Assembly (NCBI GenBank): GCA_963713045.1
Contig: CAVQKE010000001.1
Coordinates: 160,001-224,000 of the forward strand
DNA: 64,000 bases
DNA from: an uncultured delta proteobacterium
Lineage (GTDB): Bacteria > Myxococcota > Myxococcia > Myxococcales > Myxococcaceae
Direction of reading: 5' to 3'
Shown here one piece after another: positions 58,469-64,000 of this stretch. The translations under genes and the position numbers were made by a program. Position 1 is the first letter of the stretch, and every line of letters begins with the position of its first letter. The notes under the pieces are model-generated. The model ran no database searches, was not told the origin of the DNA, and saw only the letters and a list, made by a program, of their open reading frames with translations.

Positions 58469-59794
58469 ATGAGGCGTCCGCACCAAATTGCTGCCGCCGG
58501 GGCCCTGGCCGCCTGTGTGGTGGTCTTTTTGCCGTGTCTCGCCCTCGCGCAGGACACCTCGGAAGTCGCCTCGAGCACCGCACCCGAAGCACTTTCCGGG
58601 GAAAAGCCACAGGAGAATGGTTTCAAGATTGGCCCCGGGCGTCTTCACTTCTTCCTGACTGAGGGGCTGGCCTACAACTCCGCCGCCGTCGTCATCCCCA
58701 ACGCCAACGGGACGTACACCATTGAGGGCGAGATGATTCTGCACACTCGCCCGGGCCTGAACTTGGAAATCGACGGGGACAACAACACCTTCGGGTTGAA
58801 CGGCTACGTCGACTACCTCTGGTACACCGGCTGGATTACCCCGGGAGACCAAAACGCGAGCATCCTCGACGCTGCCGCGGACCTCCACGGCGCTTTCAAC
58901 AAGAATGGTGCCGTCGGCTTCAACATTGTGGACACCTTCAGCCGGTCGGCCAGCAGCTACACCCCCTCGGTGCCGGTCGGCGTCATCTCGCTCTACAACA
59001 ACGTGGGCATCGAGGTGCCCATCCGCCCTGGCGGCCGGGCGCTCGAGATTGTGCCCCACGGCTCCTACGTGGTGGAGGCCTTCCAGCAGTACTCGGGGGT
59101 CGTGCCTGGCAGCGGCGCCTGCACCAACCCGCCCGTTCCTGGCTCGCCCTGCGACGTCTCCCAGTACAACTACCAGGAACTGATTGGCGGACTGGACGCC
59201 AAGCTAAAATTCCTTCCGGAGACGGCCTTCGTCTTCACCAGCAGCTACACCGCCCCCTGGTACAGCCAGCCAACCCTCAATCCCGGAGCGGACGAGTTGA
59301 AGCTGGAGGTGGGGCTGGTCGGCCTCGTCAGCACCAAACTGTCCGTCATCCTCAAAGCGGGCTGGGCGCAGGGTTGGGGCTCGGGCGCGACCTCGACCGT
59401 GATTGGGCAGGCGGAATTGACATGGCTTCCCACGGAGCTGGCCAGCCTGGCGGTGGGCTTCCTGCGGGACGTCTACCCAGTGTCTGGCAATGGAAGCTAC
59501 GTCGACGACCGGCCCTACCTGACGGGAAAGATGTTTCTCGGCGGCCGACTTTCGCTGACCCTCACCGCGGCGTACGACTTTTTCACCTTTGCGCTGGGGA
59601 ACCCTGCGACGCCCACCACTGGACGCAACGACACTCAGCTGACTGTCAACTTGGTGGCCGACTACCAGGTGCTGCGCTGGTTCGTGGTCGGTGCTGGCCT
59701 GCTTGTCACCTACCACACCAGCTCCGAATCGACCGACAACGCGCTGAACTACACGCAGTGGGAACCCTACGTGCAGGTGACCTTCACGTACTAG
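58469..59794 (+). CDS. Outer-membrane beta-barrel (Wzp-type polysaccharide secretion porin)
   Basis: Signal peptide, amphipathic strands, C-terminal beta-signal YVQVTFTY; adjacent to the OPX gene. Confidence 0.75.
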   Translation: MRRPHQIAAAGALAACVVVFLPCLALAQDTSEVASSTAPEALSGEKPQENGFKIGPGRLHFFLTEGLAYNSAAVVIPNANGTYTIEGEMILHTRPGLNLEIDGDNNTFGLNGYVDYLWYTGWITPGDQNASILDAAADLHGAFNKNGAVGFNIVDTFSRSASSYTPSVPVGVISLYNNVGIEVPIRPGGRALEIVPHGSYVVEAFQQYSGVVPGSGACTNPPVPGSPCDVSQYNYQELIGGLDAKLKFLPETAFVFTSSYTAPWYSQPTLNPGADELKLEVGLVGLVSTKLSVILKAGWAQGWGSGATSTVIGQAELTWLPTELASLAVGFLRDVYPVSGNGSYVDDRPYLTGKMFLGGRLSLTLTAAYDFFTFALGNPATPTTGRNDTQLTVNLVADYQVLRWFVVGAGLLVTYHTSSESTDNALNYTQWEPYVQVTFTY

Positions 59795-59795
59795 A

Positions 59796-60428
59796 GTGGT
59801 GGCCTCCCGCGTGACGTGCCGACCCCGTCTTCTCCTGGTACTCCTTCTGGCGGCGTCCGCCTGTGTTGGGCCGCATGGTGGGAGCGTTCCCACCAGCAAC
59901 GCCTCGGAGATGTCGCCCTCCCCCGGAGTACAGCCGAGCGCCAGCACCCTTGGCGCCGGTGACCTGCTCGAGGTGCGTGTCTTCGAGGAGCCGGACCTCT
60001 CCGGCCCCTACCGCGTCAGTCCCGGGGGCACCATCGACTTCCCGCTGTGCGGCAAGGTCAAGGTGGAGGGACTCAACGGAAGCGGGACGGCCGACCTGCT
60101 CACCAAGTGCCTCGGGGAGAAGTACCTGAAGCGCCCCCAGGTGTCGGTGCTGGTCCGGGAATACAACAGCAAAAAAATATTTGTCTTCGGCGAGGTACAA
60201 AAGCCGGGGACTTTCCCCTACGACGAGGAGATGTCCATCATCCAGGCCATCACCGTCGCAGGCGGCTTCAGCAAGCTGGCCAGCAAAAACGACGTGAATG
60301 TGACGCGCGTCGTGGCTGGCCAGGAAACAAAAATTCGCGTTCGGGTGGCCGACATTGGCACCGGCCGCGAGAAGAACCTCAAGCTTCTGCCGGGAGACAT
60401 TGTCTTCGTCCCGGAGAGCCTCTTCTAG
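59796..60428 (+). CDS. Short OPX/Wza polysaccharide export lipoprotein
   Basis: Lipobox ASAC, LGAGDLL..G.IDFPLCG Poly_export motif, one SLBB domain, ends PESLF with no outer-membrane helix. Confidence 0.9.
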   Translation: MVASRVTCRPRLLLVLLLAASACVGPHGGSVPTSNASEMSPSPGVQPSASTLGAGDLLEVRVFEEPDLSGPYRVSPGGTIDFPLCGKVKVEGLNGSGTADLLTKCLGEKYLKRPQVSVLVREYNSKKIFVFGEVQKPGTFPYDEEMSIIQAITVAGGFSKLASKNDVNVTRVVAGQETKIRVRVADIGTGREKNLKLLPGDIVFVPESLF

Positions 60429-60571
60429 GGCACGTCGCTGACCAACGTCATTACCGCGCCGCCGGAGCGCGACGCGGCGCCGGCGAAGCGACGGGCGAAC
60501 GCCAGCGGAAGTTGGGAGACGCCCCAGGCCCTCGCGACCGAGGTCCTCCTCGTGAGAGTCTCCACTGGTCG

Positions 60572-61447
60572 GTGCCTGCACCACTGAAATTAGAGGGTCA
60601 TGCCTTTGGCGTCGGCTTTCGGGTCGAGGCAGACTCTGAGGAGCTCCTTGCGGAAGCGCGCCTTCGGATGCCGCCCACGTGGAGCCAGGGACGCGCCGGG
60701 ACTCCGCGAAGGGCCTACACTTTGGCGCACGCACCCGACGGAGTCCTCGTCACCTCGGAAGGCGCTTCACTTGGACGAAGCCTGTCGCACCTGGGGGCAT
60801 TGGATGTCCTCGAAAGCGACCTGCAACTCTTCGTGGCCCAGCATTCGAGAGCCTTCGTCTTCCTCCATGCCGGGGTCGTGGCCGTGGGCGGGAAGGCGCT
60901 GCTGCTCCCTGGCACCTCGGGTGCCGGAAAAACGACACTGGTCCGTGCGCTTCTGGAGGCGGGCGCAGCCTATTACTCGGACGAGTACGCCCTCTTAGAC
61001 GCTGCGGGCCGTGTCCACCCATACCCACGCGCTCTCTCCATCCGAAGGGCGGATGGCCAAAAGGTCCGTGAGCCGGTGCATCCGACGCTTGCGCCGACTG
61101 GAGCAGCACCGTTACCGGTGGGAGTTGTTGTCCTGACGGAATATTGCAGAGGCGCCCACTGGAGGCCTCGGCCATTGACGCCAGGTGAAGTGGCACTGGC
61201 ACTGCTCAGCAATACCGTCCCTGTGCGAGAACGTCCCGCCGAGGTCCTGGCGACCCTCGCTCGGGCCGTCTCAGGAGCGGTGGGATTTCGCAGTGTTCGC
61301 GGGTCGGCAAAGGCGATTGCGCCAGCGATGTTGCGGTTGGCCGACGGGAAGGCAAGGAGTGCTAATCTCACGCCTCATGTTCAGCCCGGCCGCCTTCGTA
61401 CCGCAGCCCCGCCGGCGCGGCGTCGTCTCCCAGGAAATCGACGGTGA
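60572..61447 (+). CDS. HprK-related serine kinase
   Basis: FLHAGVV, Walker A GTSGAGKT, YYSDE, HPYPR; start (GTG 60572) uncertain. Confidence 0.75.
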   Translation: MPAPLKLEGHAFGVGFRVEADSEELLAEARLRMPPTWSQGRAGTPRRAYTLAHAPDGVLVTSEGASLGRSLSHLGALDVLESDLQLFVAQHSRAFVFLHAGVVAVGGKALLLPGTSGAGKTTLVRALLEAGAAYYSDEYALLDAAGRVHPYPRALSIRRADGQKVREPVHPTLAPTGAAPLPVGVVVLTEYCRGAHWRPRPLTPGEVALALLSNTVPVRERPAEVLATLARAVSGAVGFRSVRGSAKAIAPAMLRLADGKARSANLTPHVQPGRLRTAAPPARRRLPGNRR

Positions 61448-61829
61448 GACGCTGTTGTACGTTGAGGAGACGCATCAAGCCTCCTCGCTGAATGGTCCGG
61501 CAAGCCGCATCTGGAACCTCTGCGATGGGAAGCGCTCCGTCGAGGCCATCGCGTTCGAGGCGAAGCTGGTCCCAGACATTGTGGCGTCTGCCGTGAGGAA
61601 ACTCGCGGATGCTGGACTGCTCGAGAACGGAGCCGGATTGCCTTCGAGCTACTCACGCCGCCGAATCGCCATCGGCCTCGGGCTGGCCGTACCCGTTATT
61701 CTGATGGTGATTGCTCCCGGTGCAGCGGGGGCGGCGTCAATCTGCCAGGGCACAGGGAGATGTAATCCTCTCGGCCCTCCGTGCTGCTCAACAGGGGAAG
61801 CGTGCCCGGCTACGAACCCCTTCTGTTGA
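61377..61829 (+). CDS. PqqD/RRE domain fused to a signal-like segment and a 6-Cys peptide
   Basis: EIDGETLLY..LNGPASRIWNLCDG..L...GLL PqqD signature, then SRRR-hydrophobic-AAS and a C-C-CC-C-C tail. Confidence 0.8.
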   Translation: MFSPAAFVPQPRRRGVVSQEIDGETLLYVEETHQASSLNGPASRIWNLCDGKRSVEAIAFEAKLVPDIVASAVRKLADAGLLENGAGLPSSYSRRRIAIGLGLAVPVILMVIAPGAAGAASICQGTGRCNPLGPPCCSTGEACPATNPFC

Positions 61830-61955
61830 GAGGTATGAAGCGCGGGCTCGCCAGCTGACGAGTCCTGCCGTGACGCCAGGCGGCATCGTCAAGAAGCCTC
61901 GCCGTCCAGCTTCGCCCTGTCGCCTTGTTCGGCGCGTCAAGCCTGAGGCGCGACT

Positions 61956-63695
61956 TCAAGGGCCGGTTGTGAACGTGCGAGTCGCGCTAAAACTCGCATT
62001 CAAGTCAAACGACAATTTATTAATCCCACCTGGGTTCGCCAGCACGTCGACGGTGGAAACAGGAGCCAACCCGAGGATGAACCAACTGTATCCAGTGGTC
62101 GCCGGCAGCGGAAGGCCAGCAAGGTCGGGAATGGTCACCGACGTCGCCGCGGTAATGACATAAAAGGTTGGTCCGGACGTGCTATAGACTTCCAATTCGT
62201 AAACTCCTTGCGGATAGATGCTCCAGGAGAATGGAGTCCCCGCGTCGACGCCGGTGGCCAAATCCGATGGAGTGATGAGCGTCGGTGCGGCAGGAATGAT
62301 GAGCGCGACGTTCTGTGAGGTCGCGGAAAGATCCGCGGCCTGCACAGCGCTGTACTCTCCGGCCGCGCTGGTTGCGGAGGCTGAAACGATGAGGTCGGTA
62401 TTCGAAATCACTGGCGCGACGTAGGAGAAGGTCGCGCCGGGGCTCGGATCATAGAGAAGACTCAGGGTGAGACCTGCATCCGCGTCCGCCAAGAGGGACA
62501 TCGTTTTGCCGGCCACGGTGTAACCGACTGGGGCACTCACCGTTCCGGTCAACATGCCGGTGGGTAACGGGGCGGAACCGAGATTGACGTCCAAACCACT
62601 GACAGTCCCCGTGTCCGCGAGGGTGACGCCACCCAGCGTGCCATACCCCGGGTAATCTGCCGGAAGGTTCGCACTGTTGTGAATCTGCAGGGCGTAGAGC
62701 GTTCCCGTTGTACTCACCGGTCCCGGCCACTTCACAGGCAGCGACGTGTAACTTCCAGAAGTTTGGTCCTTCAGGTTGACCGTCGCTTGCGGGGAGGAGA
62801 ACAGGAAAACCGTGTCATAAGCGGCCGTCTCTGGATAGAGGCCGCCAATGAATTGGCCGGAGATACTCGCGCCCCGATTGTTCGTTAAGTAGACGAAAGC
62901 CGAGAGAAAGGGATCGGCTCTCGTGAGGCCTTGGTACTCAATCGCCTGCGTTGTCTGGATGACGGTCGCGTCGTAAGGCGTTGGGACATTCGGTACGTTG
63001 AAGGTCCCGTCAGCGGCCGAGACAGCAGTCTGGCTGAAGCCGCCATCCGAAGTTGAGATGAGGACGGTTTCTCCTGCGATGGGCTGCCCGTTGTTGTCAA
63101 CAACAGTTCCGGTGACATTGACCATGGGCTGCGCGGCGAGCACCACGACACCGGCATCCGCGCTGGTGCTGCCGCCATCGTTGGTGGCTGTCAACACGAA
63201 CATCGTTGAGACCGACACAAGCCCGGTGGCGTCACCGGCGTCAGTCGGGGTGACAGTCCCGACATTGGGTTCAATGGTCAGACTGTCTGCGCCTGTTACG
63301 TTCCAAGCAAACGTCACGTCACCGCCCCCTGCCTCTAGTGTGGACGGCGTCACAGTAAAGCTGTTGATAACTGGCGGGGGGATGCCAACCGAGACTCGGC
63401 ACATGGCAGTGCTCTGTCCGCCGAAGTTCGTCGCGAGGAGTGTGAAGGTCGTCGCGACAGTCACCTGGTCGGTGACGCTGCCTCCGGTGGGCGGGCTGAC
63501 TGGCTCGTTGTTGATGGAGACACTGGTCGCACCGCTAACCATCCAGGTAACGGTCACCGAGCCACCACCGAACGGAACAATCCCGGGGAAACAGGTGAAC
63601 CTTGTAATGGACGGGGCCGCGGGGGGGCCATTGTTGCAGCCAGCCATTGCCAGTACGGCAAGCAACGCGATGACCACCGTTCGCATCGGGACCAT
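61956..63695 (-). CDS. Thr-rich surface lipoprotein with tandem Ig-like repeats and a carboxypeptidase-regulatory-like domain
   Basis: Lipobox MAGC; two P.I..F...P...GGG.V...W.V.GA...L.ATN.GG repeats; VTGTVVD..GQPIAG; GGAGG 8 nt before ATG 63695. Confidence 0.8.
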   Translation of the reverse strand: MVPMRTVVIALLAVLAMAGCNNGPPAAPSITRFTCFPGIVPFGGGSVTVTWMVSGATSVSINNEPVSPPTGGSVTDQVTVATTFTLLATNFGGQSTAMCRVSVGIPPPVINSFTVTPSTLEAGGGDVTFAWNVTGADSLTIEPNVGTVTPTDAGDATGLVSVSTMFVLTATNDGGSTSADAGVVVLAAQPMVNVTGTVVDNNGQPIAGETVLISTSDGGFSQTAVSAADGTFNVPNVPTPYDATVIQTTQAIEYQGLTRADPFLSAFVYLTNNRGASISGQFIGGLYPETAAYDTVFLFSSPQATVNLKDQTSGSYTSLPVKWPGPVSTTGTLYALQIHNSANLPADYPGYGTLGGVTLADTGTVSGLDVNLGSAPLPTGMLTGTVSAPVGYTVAGKTMSLLADADAGLTLSLLYDPSPGATFSYVAPVISNTDLIVSASATSAAGEYSAVQAADLSATSQNVALIIPAAPTLITPSDLATGVDAGTPFSWSIYPQGVYELEVYSTSGPTFYVITAATSVTIPDLAGLPLPATTGYSWFILGLAPVSTVDVLANPGGINKLSFDLNASFSATRTFTTGP

Positions 63696-64000
63696 GTGCA
63701 TTTCCTCCACAATACCCGAACCGACAGCAGTCCCCCCGCCGTCCCATGGAGCGCGGCGCGTTTGAATGTCCTCGACGCTTCACGACAGCGCGAAGGAACT
63801 GAGCTGCTGCAGGGGCTGCTCCCCGATTCGGCAAGAGCATACTCGCCGGCGAGACACGAATTCGCAGACTTGGCCGTCGGAAACTTCCGCGCCCGTATCG
63901 GACTCGGGAGTCCAGCCTGAAGCGAAGCCTTCTGCCGTGGACGGAGGCTGCTCGGCTTGTTCCGACGGAATATTTCAAGGGGAGCGCTGGCGGTCAGGAG

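Noticed and set aside
60047..60571. N-terminal part of the 466-aa ORF upstream of the kinase domain
   Set aside because: Overlaps the OPX gene out of frame and reads as Arg/Gly/Pro junk; not evidence of a fusion.
1..64000. CRISPR arrays, transposases, prophage or defence genes
   Set aside because: No regularly spaced direct repeats or diagnostic protein motifs were seen on reading the window.

Overview
High-GC chromosomal segment from a myxobacterium, probably Myxococcaceae-like, judged from mglB-mglA and a glt-like cluster. Most of it is core genome: 3' end of mutY, msrA, a secreted prolyl oligopeptidase, a livKHMGF-type ABC transporter, a sahR-metH-core-MetE methionine operon, moaC, a Cys/Met PLP enzyme, trxB, recQ, large TPR proteins and a glycan/lipid-modification operon. 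Next come serS with all four tRNA-Ser isoacceptors, tRNA-Arg(ACG), tadA and SRP RNA, then chrA, a PIG-B/Alg9-like mannosyltransferase, dnaX-ybaB-recR, mglBA, a paralogous gltDEFG-like cluster and a Wzp/Wza-type beta-barrel plus OPX pair. A compositionally distinct segment starts at about 60.5 kb. Top leads: (1) dnaX is split across two frames at CCC-TTT-CGC-GCC-TAG, a candidate +1 recoding site that would give gamma by termination and tau by shifting, the inverse of E. coli. (2) An HprK-like kinase is paired with a PqqD/RRE protein fused to a signal-like segment and a C-C-CC-C-C knottin-pattern peptide, a candidate RiPP-like system. (3) A candidate sigma54-driven sRNA of about 85 nt lies at 25.35-25.44 kb. 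(4) A catalytically dead S9 peptidase is transcribed divergently from mglBA. All calls come from reading motifs by eye; no database searches were run, and start codons were refined manually.
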